Source of the DNA: Selaginella moellendorffii
Taxonomy: Eukaryota > Plantae > Lycopodiophyta
Direction of reading: 5' to 3'
Length of the DNA stretch: 64,000 nt
Assembly (NCBI RefSeq): GCF_000143415.4
Contig: NW_003314309.1
Location: 675,459 to 739,458 of the forward strand
Shown here: piece after piece, positions 33,671 to 46,900 of the stretch
Layout of the letters: every line of letters begins with the position of its first letter
Numbering within the stretch: position 1 is the stretch's first letter
Translations under genes and position numbers: made by a program
Notes under the pieces: generated by a model
Told to the model about the DNA's origin: nothing
Databases searched by the model: none
What the model saw: the letters and a program-made list of their open reading frames with translations, nothing else

Positions 33671-36600
33671 GAAGATGAATGAAAAAGAAAGAGCAAAGGA
33701 AGAGAAATGACAAAAAGCTGGAAAGAAATGGTAAATCTAGACAATGCAAAAAGCTAGATCTAAACCAAAATCCTGAAAGGAAAGAACAGAAGAAAGGAAA
33801 TGGAAAAAGCTAGATCTAGACAATACAAAAGCTAGATCTAAACCAAAATCCCAAATCCAAGCACTCCCCAGGGACAATCAAAGGTGCCCCTCATCTCCAC
33901 CAATGTGAGTGCATGGAATATGGAAAGGGAATACAGAAATGTGCATATCAATTAGCCCAAAAACCCTAGCTTATATTATATAGGAGCGAGTGGTCCGGAT
34001 TGAAACCAATCTGACGGCTACCAAAATCCCACTACGCTAATATTAGTATACGGCATCGTAGCCGTACACTTGGCCCTCACATAATCATTTTTTTATAGAT
34101 AAATGCATTTTAATTATTAAAATATTTAAAAGCCTTGGTAAGTTTAATATCATACTCTACATATGAAAAAGTTAATATAAAATGTCTATTTATAAAAATA
34201 GCTTGATTTTTATGGACTATATACATATAAATAAAAGGAATAATTCTAAAGCATTGGTAGCACACGTGGTTTTGACCCTTTATCCTATGGTGATTTACCA
34301 TAGGATAACACCACGAAGCGGAACCTAAACCCTCTTTGTGCCACATGACAGATGCCATGTGTCACATGCCACGTGTCCATGCCACGTGTCTATAAGAACC
34401 CGAGGTTCAAGGCCTTGGGCCACTGAACAAAGGAACGGTGCCAAACTCCCAAGCATGGAGCCAAGGAGTGACGGAACCGAACCACGGGGCAACTCCCGAG
34501 CATAAAGCCCAAGGAGCGAAGGGAAAGGAGCCCAGAGCGACTTGGAACAGTCCTAGAGTAACCAGCATCCCAATGCCAGGACCAACACGCAAAACGGAGC
34601 CAAACGGAGTCTGGCGCTATTTTAGCATACCGGTGGCCTAACGCGAGGATATGGGTACTCCACCAACTAGCATGGAATGGAACTTGGGTTTAAACCCAAG
34701 CCGGATGTAGAACAAGGACAAGCACGCAAGCGGGAGCTAGACTATGCCTCAGGTTGGTCGGCCATGCCCGACCTACCCACTATCCCTATTATACATTTGG
34801 AACCCCCCACAGCCCCCCCCCCCCTTGAGGAACACACGCTTTGGGCTTTCACCCTAAGCCTCCCTTAGTATTAGGAGTTAGTCTCTGGGACAAACTCGAA
34901 ACTTACTAAATATGGAATGTCCCTAGATTGCGAATTTGGACATAGGATGAACACCATTGTGTTCAGGACGATCTCTACATTCCGTAGATATGCCAAATGA
35001 GCAAATCTGGACACTTTCCATAAATAGCATTTGGGACCGAATTGAGACTAACACAAAGGGCATGATAGTGAGGGTGTTTGGCAGACAAGGCATGATAGCG
35101 AGGGTGTTTGGCAGACACGGTAAGCTATCATCCGGCGATATTGAGGGACCAATCTCAATACGCGAGGGTTCTTGTCAAGCCAGTGCAAGACAGAGCAAAA
35201 GAGAACTAAGAGCCAGGCCGAGTATGCTCAGCTAGAAACACATAGGAGTTCCTACCTTATGTCCATCTGGCTAAGTACAGGTGCTAAGCCCAGTAAACTA
35301 ACACTTGAACAAGAGGAGCTGATAAAAGGAACCAGCAATACCGACCTCCTGCCATCGTGGCAGTAAGGTAAGAGTGTCCGTAAGGACTAGCCGACAGATA
35401 ACTTTCGATACCTGAAGTCACATTCGCGACACTCTCCCCCCCTTGGGAAGATCGACGTCCTCGTCGATGCATACTCGAGTCTAGAATACCGCCAAGGAAA
35501 CAACTCCAGAAAAAAGTTCACGGTACTCACACTATGTGAGAAATGCACCAACTTAAATGAGTTAGGAGGCAACCTCTTTGTCTAACGCGGATGCGCTACC
35601 AGCTCAGACACCTTCCGGCCGTCGCCGACAAGGAAATGACCAACGGAGTCAGCCACCCTTGCTGCTCTGGGTGTCACCCAGCTACAAAAGTGTGATATGC
35701 CCCTGCCCGCAGAGACCTAGAGAGAGAAGCCAGAGGCCCCAACCCTCCTGAGCAAAGAAACCAAACCCGTCGGTAAGGTTTAGATAGACTACTGTAAACA
35801 GGCAGTTAGAGTTGTTTACACAGTCACGCCCTTTCAACGGAACAAGGAACATCGACAAAGAGGCGGGTTATGTGACCAGTTAACAGTAGCTACCCCATGA
35901 CTAGAGATTTCACCATGCACACGAAGTGCCGAAGCCAGTCTGCCCATTACTGGCCCAAACTCAAAGATCAATAGATGGACAATATCAAAGTCAAAAACAA
36001 TGATATCTTAGAGTCTTAAGTATCAGTGATTATATCTTAGATTAGAACACAAAAGTATTCCAAGTATGTTATCATCTGATAAACTAGTAGGATAGTAGAG
36101 GAACCACCAAGATCATTAAAATTGGTAAACACAAAATACACCATCCAACAAAATTCAATAGCTAGTATATCATCAAGGAAACTCAATGATGAAACTTAAC
36201 TACCGAAGATGGCAGACAGTATGCCAAATAACTTACTAAAGATAACTTATAGCACATAAAGGATTATCGACTAACAAGCAAAATGCTCGCGAATGTATCA
36301 CCCAAAGGAAATAACATCCGAATCTATCAAAGTGAACTCAAGCAATAATCAACAGAATAGAATGAATGTTCCATGGCCAACAAACACTCGTTCATGCCAA
36401 CTATCACACTAGCCAATCTGAATAGACCCCGGCCAACAATACCAAGGAACTAGAGTTGCTCTAGCAAGTGTCAGCAACATCCCATCAATGTCTTAAACCC
36501 AAGAGACCAATCCAAAGCAAACCACAAAGAACATGTGGTATTGCGAAAAGCCAAAAGCCTTCAAAGAGAACAACTAACCATCATAAAAGAACATCAATCA

Positions 36601-39600
36601 TCCCATCAATAAAGAGATGCTGAATCATCATCGAAGAAAGAATCCACCATCCTAAAGAATGGCAAATCATTCTATATCAACAATAATCAAGCAAAGCCTT
36701 TTTGATAAGGATAATCAACTATCCTAGATGATAATTAATCATCACCAATGATTGCCATATGCAAATACTAACTTCAACATTGAAGCTAATGAGCCAAAAT
36801 GCATTCCCCAACAACTTTTAACAAATGGAACAATTAGCATAAACTCAAAGAACCAAAAGCTTACAAAAGTCTATAGCCAAGTCATGCCTAGCAATGATCA
36901 CAAGTCTCGCATGAACTAACTTCAATGCTAAGAAGAAAATCATGGTATAATCCATAATATCCTCTTCAACACATCCATAAGCTAAACTTCAGAATGCAAA
37001 GCTAATGAAGAGCATGTCTGCATCAATCCAAAAGCTAAGCATAACAAAGCTATGCTCAATAAGTGATCATCAAACGATCCTCCATGAATCCATCTATAGC
37101 AAAACGTAACTCACATCATAACAAGCACAAGAAGAATCATCAATGATCGATATATTCCAACTCAAATCCAATAAGGATTCAAATATTCCAATATCAATCA
37201 TTAACTCTTCATCTTGTAAAGTTAGTGTTATCCACGACTAAATCACTTTTCAAGGAAAAGCTGAAGCTCAACCCCTACTAAATAACCTCGTTTAGAACAC
37301 AACTAACTCAAACTTGCCACTCAGTTCATTTGAACGTCAACATAGTTGCGAACTAGCAAATGTACGAATGCCAATAACACAAAGCCATAGCCAAATCATC
37401 AACACTATCTTCATTAAGACTAATGAAACTCGACATCAATCTTGCGGAGAGACATTTCATTTCACTGAAATCTCAACATCAACAATGTCAACGACAAGGC
37501 ATCACCTCAGTGCCACCAACACTAGAACAAAGCTAGAAGAAAGCACGAGTGTATCACCACTCAAAGCTCTCTAGCAACCAAGCTAACCAAAGTCGGAGAT
37601 ACTTTACTCAGTATCCGAGACCAATCCTTTAGCAAAACTCAGTTATAGATAACACTTCTTCAAGGAGTGAATCACCATATCCAAGACTCCATAAAATCCA
37701 ACACTATGAACTAAACGCAACCAAATGATATCAACAGAGGTAGAGTCGACATGCCAACATGGAAACCCATGTAACTTTAACGACACGATCCTCCGCAACA
37801 CCATCCGGTAAAGCAAGCCCATCACTGCTAATTCTTCATCGAGTGAAGCAAGTATCAACAGTCCTTGACAAAGTCTACAAGCAATCACTAGTTGCAAAGC
37901 AACCAACAATCACTCTTCAACTTGCCTTCACAAGACCCAAACACTAAACTCTTGCCATCGAGTCATACACTTGTCCAACATGAACGTAACACCCCAGATA
38001 TGAGATAAAGGTTCATGGACAAGCACAAACTAAATGACCACTTGAATGCTACTCTGGTGCGATTAGCTCTACAATGCATTTAGTCACTAGCTCTGAGCAT
38101 ACCTAGAAGAGGCTAGCTATGCATGACCAACACTTAGCCGAAACTAAAGCGAAGACCATGAGATGGACTCATATCGGTACACAACCTCCTCATAGACAAA
38201 GCTATAGTACGGGTACCAACATCTCAAACTCAAACAACTAAGTTAAACATCACCATCCTTAGCCAAGGTGCAGGGCCACCAAGACCAAGTCAAGATCAGT
38301 GAGAGCTCACTACTCTCATAGAGTCTAACGAAATGCAAAGTGCAACCTGCCACCAAGCATAACACTACAAAAGAAAAGCATAAGGGTCACCTTTCTAGAA
38401 AAGTGCAACGGCCACTTTTCTACACTAACTCCAGACTCTATCCAACTCAATTGCCTTAGCTCCAAAAGTCAGCATCCCTTTCGGGCCGCATCATACAAAC
38501 TACATACTAAGGTCTAAGCTAACCGAAGTCAACTCTAACCCCTTCACTAGTTTGTATTGGCTTTCGAAAACGGAATGGTTTTCGGACAAAGTGATAACAG
38601 ATCAGCCATTGGAAAAGTCTAAGAAAATTTGTGGAAAATTTCCATCCTAGAGAAAGAATGACTCTTAGTCCAGGGATACAAACTTTCAAGACTCAACCAA
38701 CTTCTTTCTACTAACAACTTCACATAGGTTCACCTCAACACAAATTCTCATGACCCATAGTATGCTTAAGCCTCGAACATCTTTTGCCTATTCTTTCGAC
38801 ATCCAACTCTAACATCCATAAAGTGCAAAGTGAACATCCAAGGCTTGATCACGAAGACCACATTTTCGGATATTCACATTGCATTAACACTCTTCTTCAA
38901 CCACCTTCAAGATCCAATGTGAAGCTAAAACACTAACAAGAAAAATAACATGGAAAATCAAGCTCTAAGGAAAATTCCTCATCACTCAAAATAACAATGC
39001 CACTTCCACTAACACAAGTGCTAGTGATGTCAATGCCCCAACTACACATCTTCTCCATCCAACAATCTACTCCAAGTGCTAATGGATCAACCAGCAAGCC
39101 ATAGCAAGCAAATGCTATAACCCTTTCCAACACTTCAATGGGCAAACTCTCAAGGAAACAAGGAACCAACTTAAGCTTAGCATAATGGACCACTATCGAG
39201 AATCTAGTCAAAGCTACTACAATGCTACTTTATGCAAGTAGACTAGCTTCTCCTTCAACCACTTTGGGGTTGATCATTCTTTAACCAAGCAACTTCGTAA
39301 ACACATTGCTCATTATCACATGGTTATGATATAGAAATCACAATGACTTGATCATTAATTGAGCAACACCACAAGCAACACCCATGTCATTACTTCAAAG
39401 GTTTATGTGAGTATCAAGTGTCAACTCGATTCGACAAAATGCAATATAAATGCCACACTCCATCGATAGAGATTTATAACATCTAACACCACTAACTTTT
39501 GTTAACAACATGGACAAGCTCATGCCACTCTCTTTCCGACCAAACTCAAAACTAATCCAACACCAAGCTACTCAAAGAGCAATAGCAAGGTTCCCCGGAA

Positions 39601-40957
39601 AAGAATTGAGCATTGCAACCCAAGTCTTCTAATAGCAAGCCTAGACAAAATGGTATAACGCTTCACCGTTATCCATCCCACAACTTGCCATTTGTAAGAC
39701 TATCATTTCCAACATGCATCAAGGTAGGGACTCTTGATTGCATAATGTGAACACAAGTAATGAGTCACACCTTGTTGCAAATCATCTTTCTGAGAAGAGA
39801 AAATGATTTACGTGTTTGATCCTTCGTCCCTAATGACTCTCTTTTCGGTCTCATCTTCGACTAAACCTCAAGCTTGCTTTCACACTGCCTTTAGTCCAAT
39901 CCAAGAAAAGTTTATGAGAGAGCACGACAATGACTACTCAAACCAATAGACTAATCCTTATAGTCTTGACTGATCCACTTATAACCATGCCTAGGAAGGA
40001 TCCACTAGTGCCGTGCTAAACAGCTACGGACCAGCCTATTTGCCACTCATAGCAAATCTAGGGAAGGTTTGCTTTCACTCACGGTACATGGAACAACTCA
40101 TGGAACCACCGATAGGCTAACATTAATCCTGCCAACTCAAAGTGTAACCTCAAGTTGCTAATGCGCCTCACTCACGAGCCCAAGAGCAAGCTCACATTGT
40201 TAGGTACAAAAAGTAACCAAAACCATACCCAAGGAATGAATGTGAACCCTTTGCACCATAACGTGTACCCACTCGGATCATCGTTTTCATCTCTGCGTAT
40301 GCAATGAGACTAGTTGCCCAATCTCATTGAATAGTACTCGCTGAGACTCTTTCTCTGATACCAAATGTAGCGCACGTGGTTTTGACCCTTTATCCTATGG
40401 TGATTTACCATAGGATAACACCACGAAGCGGAACCTAAACCCTCTTTGTGCCACGTGATGGATGCCACGTGTCACATGCCACGTGTCCATAAGAACCCGA
40501 GGTTCAGGGCCTTGGGCCACTGAACAAAGGAACGGTGCCAAACTCCCAAGCATGGAGCCAAGGAGTGACGGAACCGAACCACGGAGCAACTCCCGAGCAT
40601 AAAGCCCAAGGAGCAAAGGGAAAAGAGCCTGGAGCGACTTGGAACAGTCCTAGAGTAACCAGCATCCCAATGCCAGGACCAACACGCAAAACGGAGCCAA
40701 ACGGAGTCTGGCACTATTTTAGCATACCGGTGGCCTAACGCGAGGATATGGGTACTCCACCAACTAGCATGGAATGGAACTTGGGCTTAAACCCAAGCTG
40801 GACGCAGAACAAGGACAGGCATGCAAGCGGGAGCTAGACTATGCCTCAGGTTGGTCGGCCATGCCCGACCTACCCACTATCCCTATTATACATTTGGAAC
40901 CCCCCACAGCCCCCCCCCCCCCCCTTGAGGAACACACGCTTTGGGCTTTCACCCTAA

Positions 40958-43900
40958 TGTAAGCGACTAAATTTTCCATTCTACTTTAGTCACTTAACCA
41001 CACCTCTGACCACTTGGAGGAGTCTCATTCACAACCTCCATAAGTCCAATCCAGGACTTGGGGCTTGCTAGCCCCGAGAATAGCATCCATGCCACTCAAC
41101 TTTTGCACTTGGTCCAAGTGCTCCACGTGTCCGATCCCATGACCGACACTCAAAGGTACCACCGACATAGCAGCCCGTTACGCTAAGGCCATGCCCAATC
41201 ACCTTTGCCACACTGGTAGTCCAACACCACTTGCATCACCGTCTTGGCTCTCCAAGACTAGGCAAACCATCCGTGAGTGGTCATCTCAGATCCACTCCTT
41301 AGTATCCTTAGGATGCCCACCGACAAGGGGAATAGCCTTCCCCAATATTCCTTTGTCAGTCCCCACTAAGTCCCTTTTTGCCCCTGGCCGTGTTTGTCAA
41401 CACTGCCACTGGATCGAGACCCACAGGCCCGACCACTAAGTCCCACGGTCCTCTGGGACTTCCTCACCACACGACTGTGTCCTTGGTCACTACCCCAGAG
41501 GACTGCTCCTCTTCCTTTCCACAGTCTGGGCCTTTGGGACAACATTTCGGAACACCGTGGCCTTACGCGAGCCACCTGGGTACTCTCCTCGCCTTCTGCC
41601 CTTGGGTGCTCTAGCCATGGGCTTAGAGCGGGTTCCGTTGAGCCACACCAGGTATCCAAGTAGGTAGTGCCACCCACACTTGGACTGGGAGCATCGGCCA
41701 GTCGATCTCCCGGGGGAACTAGAGCCGGCTCTTGAACACTTCACCAAGCTACCCCGCTTGTCGGTCTGTGTTCACTCTAGTCTTGGACTTCCCAGTGGGC
41801 AGCTCATCACCCAACACTGGGTCCGGCCTTCCTGGGCCAAACTAGCCTTTCCTGGCCAAACTGGCTCCACTGCAGTCCTCCCCCTACTATACTTTTGGAG
41901 CTCACCAAACCCCCCAGGGTCTGGGAGACGAACGCTTTGGGCTTTCACCCTCTCAGGCTCCGGACTCGGACTCGGACTCGGACTCGGACTCGGACTCGGA
42001 TTCGGACTCGGACTCGGGCTCGGGCTCGGTCTCGGCCTCGGCCTCGGTCTCGGTCTCGGTCCCGATCTCGGTCTCGGTCTCGGTCTCGGTCCCGGTCTCG
42101 GTCTCGACTTCGGACTCGACTTCGGACTCCATCTCGGACTCCATCTCGGACTCCATCTCGGACTCCATCTCGGACTCCATTTCGGGTCCATCTCGGGTCT
42201 ATCTCGGACTCCATCTCGGACTCCATTTTGGGTCCATCTCGGGTCCACCTCGGACTCCATCTCGGACTCCATCTCGGACTCCATCTCGGGTCCATCTCGG
42301 ACTCCATCTCGGACTCCATCTCGGGTCCATCTCGGACTCCACTTCGGACTCCAACTCGGGTCCATTTCGGACTCCACTTCGGACTCCAACGCGGGTCCAT
42401 CTCGGACTCCACTTCGGACTCCAACTCGGGTCCCTTTTTGGAGCCTTGCCTTTTTCTCGCTTCGTGCTCGTTCCTCGAGCACTTCGTTGGGAGTTCCACT
42501 CCCGCTCTTGACTTTTCAAGTCGGAGCTTTTGGTCCAAACGTGTTACGCTCGTTTGGCTCTCGCTTCGGCCACTACCATGTGGCGCCCTTCCAGCTCCAC
42601 TTTGGGGCCTAGGGATTTTGTGTCTCACAACTCCACCACCCATAGACGAAGTTCGATGTCCTCATCGAACGGTGAACAATTTTATAAAGTAACACCCGCA
42701 TGTGTTACCATTTCCATCCTTGGCGCGTAGCCAATATTTGTCAATGGTGTGACATTGAAGGCTCACCATGCCTTCTCCATATTCGTCAATGGTTGGACAT
42801 TAAAGGCTCACCATGCCTTCTCCATATTCGTCAATGGTTGGACATTGAAGGCTCACCATGCCTTTTGCATATCCTCTAAGGAGGGTAGTCTCTCCAACTT
42901 AGAGACTGATTGGACCACATATAGTGGTTCTCTCCTTTTATTGGTTTAGTTCTCGCTAAACCTCTTAGAGACCCTTCTCTAAGTCAATCCCACTACTCCT
43001 TCTCGAGTAGTCTCAATTTCCATCGATATAACCTTTGCACTTTGGAACTTTGAATTTTGACTTCTTGCAGTCAATTTCCTAGGTGTCTCCGACACCTTGC
43101 CTTGCACCTTTTGTGCAACTCCACTTCCCATCCTAGGAAGTTCTCTACTCGAGGGCACCATCATCCTCTCTTCTATTTCGTGCCAAAGTTCCAGTTATCA
43201 TACTTTGTGCTAGGGCTGTTCATGGCCCTATCATTTGGCTACCTTACCGCTCCCTCCTTTGGAGCTTCCACTTTCGCCAAATCGGAGCATTTCGGAATCC
43301 CTCCTTGGAAACACACTTCCTTTCCCGCAACTTGTTAGCGTCCAACACGTTAGTGTTCCTCGCCTAACTTTGTCACTTGGATTCCTTCCAAGGGATTCCA
43401 CGGCCCTATCTTGGCCACTCATCTTTTGCTCCTATCCGTTGATTGTTGCACCAAGCAACATCGAATCTCTACCTCCCTTCTTGAGGTATTGTTTCGGTTC
43501 CATAGCAAAGACTCTTCTTTGCCAAGTCCGGAGGATGTTCACCCCTAGTACGTCTCTTTAGCATCTTCTGCTATGGGCTCTATCCACGGCCCAACTTCGT
43601 GACCCTCCCATGGGTCTTTTATAGAGACTACTTTCCTCGGACTCACTATGCCATCGCACGGACATAGTTTATTCCCTTAGGTGCTCTTCCCACTTGGTCA
43701 TCACGACCAAGCCACACCACCTTAAACAGTTCAATTTCAACATTTTGAACCAGGAACTTCATTCCTTAGCCAACCAAGGACCTTGTCCTTATCTGGCCAT
43801 AAGATCACCTAGTGATCTCACCTTGGCACCTTAACAGAGTTGCCAAGAGGTACTTGGTCTTCTAGACCTCCAAGTTGTTGACTATAACCCCGGGGGCATC

Positions 43901-46900
43901 CCCCACACTTGGCGGTGCACCCAAGCCAGCCCTTCCGGCCAAGGGTTCATAGCAACTGAGATTAGGTGTCCCCATCTCACTCACCACGACCTTGGTGCCA
44001 CTTGCACCAAAGCGTTCAAGTTAGATATGCCGAGCTTTCACACTAAGCAATCTAACCGTGCATCACGACTCCGAGGCATCCCTCGCTTGGCGGTGTGCCC
44101 AAACCAGTCTCCCCACTGAGAGTCCATGACCACCGAAATATGAGTGTCCTCATATTCCAAACCATCACCACGCCCTAGTGATTTGGGACTCGAACCCAAG
44201 CACTAGAGGGTTGGGACTCGAACCCAACCTCCGTATATGCATCTACGGACGGCATCACACAAGATGCCTGGCGTGACTCCCCACGCCGGTGCACCAACTT
44301 ATTTTTAAAGCGCGCTACAGATCACAGCTTAGGAACCTAGTTCCTCCACACTGCCAAGTCCTCTCACTTGACATGTCTGTGATCATGCATGGCCTCCTCC
44401 ATGCTCGGCCCCATGGCCCACCCTTTTTGAAGTTATCACCTTCAACTAGGGTATTTGTTCCCCCGACGTGCCAATCTCGCTTGGCAAGTTCTCCGACCAC
44501 TGTAACATGGTTCCTGCATAAGCGTAAAAGTCCTTGACCATCGACTTTCGTTCAAAGCCCTCTCTTTGAACACTCGGGAACTACTTCCCTAACCTTGATA
44601 GCCTTGCCTCATGGCAAGCTTCAAGACCACGCTTCTGCTGCGCCACTCTGATTTCGCGCGTTCCATGAACCATTTACACTTGGCCTTTCTAGGTACTAAG
44701 CTACCTAGAATCGTCTTTGGGAACCTTGAAGGAACTCTGTCCCTCAGCTTGCTAAGGCCTCCCTTTTGCAAGCCTTCCAAATGCCACATAGTCTAACATG
44801 GACAATTCCATATTTTAGACTCTCCATGGCATCACGGTTGCTAGCGGCAACACCCTCGAGCCCCCACTTGATTCCCCACTCCTAGCTGGCATAACCAACC
44901 TTGGTTATGCCCTTCGATTTCTATGGTTCAGTTCCATCCCAATACTACTTGCCTTTGGCTTCACAGCTTTCCTTCGGTCATTCTCCTCCAGATCAGGAGG
45001 ATAGCTTTGCACTTTCTATCATGCCTTAGCAAGTATTCTTAGGGATGAACCTACCCAATAGCCCAGGGAGTGGTTCCTCAATCCGGGTATGCTCACTTTA
45101 TAATCCCACACACTGGGATTACATTGTTGCTTATGGGCCTTTACATGCCCATCACTAGCCTTGCCAAAATTCCATTTTTGGCTTTGTCCAACTTGGGTAG
45201 ACAGTCCTCTCCTGTCTCCGCAACCTTGGACATTTGGATAGCACCTTCTATCCATCATTCGCTAGGGACTTAGTCCCTTGGGCTTTATCCATTGCCCTCG
45301 CGACATCAAACACCACCTTCTGGTGTTCTAGAGTGTTTAGGTGTCCCAATGATGGCTTTCTTGACAATGAGTATTTCCTTTTATGACATTGACTTACTAT
45401 ATCGCAACACAAGCAACTTATCCCTCGTAAGGGTATATCCGACTTCCCTATGCTATTAAGAAGTCTTGGGTAGCTACCTTCTACCCGTTTAACCAGTTAT
45501 TTTGCACCTCTTGCTTAGTTGCCTCATAGTTGTCAAGTCTTACGACTCATTGCTTGGTGCTTTCACACCTCCATCATTATCTGGGTCACCACACTCCAAC
45601 TGCATGCTCTGCAGCTTAGGCTATGCCATTCCCATTTCTATTGGGATTCCTTTGGCAAGGGGTTCTCATGAACCCACCAACATAGCCTCAAGGTATCACA
45701 CCTTGGCACATTTGGTGTCTCCACACCATCGGCTCCACGAGCCTACCTCTATGACACTTTCCCTTCGTGTTTAAGTCTTTTGCCAAGACCAACACCGCCC
45801 TTTCTCATGCCAACCATCCGTTAGCACTGCACCATAGAGGTCACACACAACTTTGCGTCAAAGTTGTTTTCTTTTTAGGAACACCTTTCCCACGACTTTA
45901 GCATGGCACATTTTGCCATCAATGAGATACCCTCTGTTCTCATCCTTGGATCCTATGATCCCCCCCCATCCTTTGTGGGGTACAACACACCACAGTCCAA
46001 ATGCTTCCATCAGTCCCTTTAGGACCATCCGTTGACTCTACTTGAGTCATCTAGCAGTTTTGGACTTGGTTAATCCACAGACCCGTAAGGTCCTACTTGT
46101 GAGGCACTAGCTCACTGGAATACACTTCTTGCATTCCTGTCCTACTCAAAAGGACTATTTTCACAAGTGTTACTCCGACACTTGATTTTGTTCTCTGGGG
46201 GCAACCTTTGCCCCTTAGGACTACTTGTCCATGTGATGAGAACACCAACTCATCCACTTAATACACCCCCAACTCCTTGGGTTGTTCCAGCATTTATTAG
46301 AGGTAGCCCCTGCTACCTTTTCAAGGACTTGAGTCCTCTTCCGTATTTGACCTCCCATGGTCATTACTTCTGGTCTCACATTCATGAGCACCAACCTCAA
46401 CTATATGAGGATAATCTTGTGACTCCTTTATTGTTTTGGAGTCTCTATCTTTCCCGTGATCCCAACTTTAGTTGTTTACCACAACAACCTTAGCCAATTT
46501 GCTGAGACAAATGCTCATCCGGATCACATCCTCAACTCAATGAGGAAAACCTTGCACTGTTCCCAAGATCCCAAAGTCGTTCCATTATTGGCCCTTTTCT
46601 ATCCACCACCTCGTCTACAAGTTCACACATGAACTGTAATGGGGAGCCATGTCTTCCTGACTTGCTACTCCTCAAGGATAGGCCCACTCCTCGGACCTTC
46701 CAATGCCAACACTAGTGGTGATATACTTGAGCACCAATAAAAGTCGGACTAAGGAACAGCTCCGATACCAAATTGTAAGCGACTAAATTTTCCATTCTAC
46801 TTTAGTCACTTAACCACACCTCTGACCACTTGGAGGAGTCTCATTCACAACCTCCATAAGTCCAATCCAGGACTTGGGGCTTGCTAGCCCCGAGAATAGC

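Larger units (their letters stand above)
29069..34081 (-). mobile_element. Full-length Ty3/gypsy retrotransposon (family C) with ~175-bp LTRs
   Basis: LTRs 29069-29243 and 33904-34081. TSD TAAT. PBS TGGTGGAGATG (tRNA-Ala 3'-end complement). PPT GAGAAGAGGGGATGA. Domain order gag-PR-RT-RH-INT. Confidence 0.95.

Noticed and set aside
34251-34255. TSD for family B
   Set aside because: Left flank GCATT and right flank ATTTG do not match and both termini are mutated.
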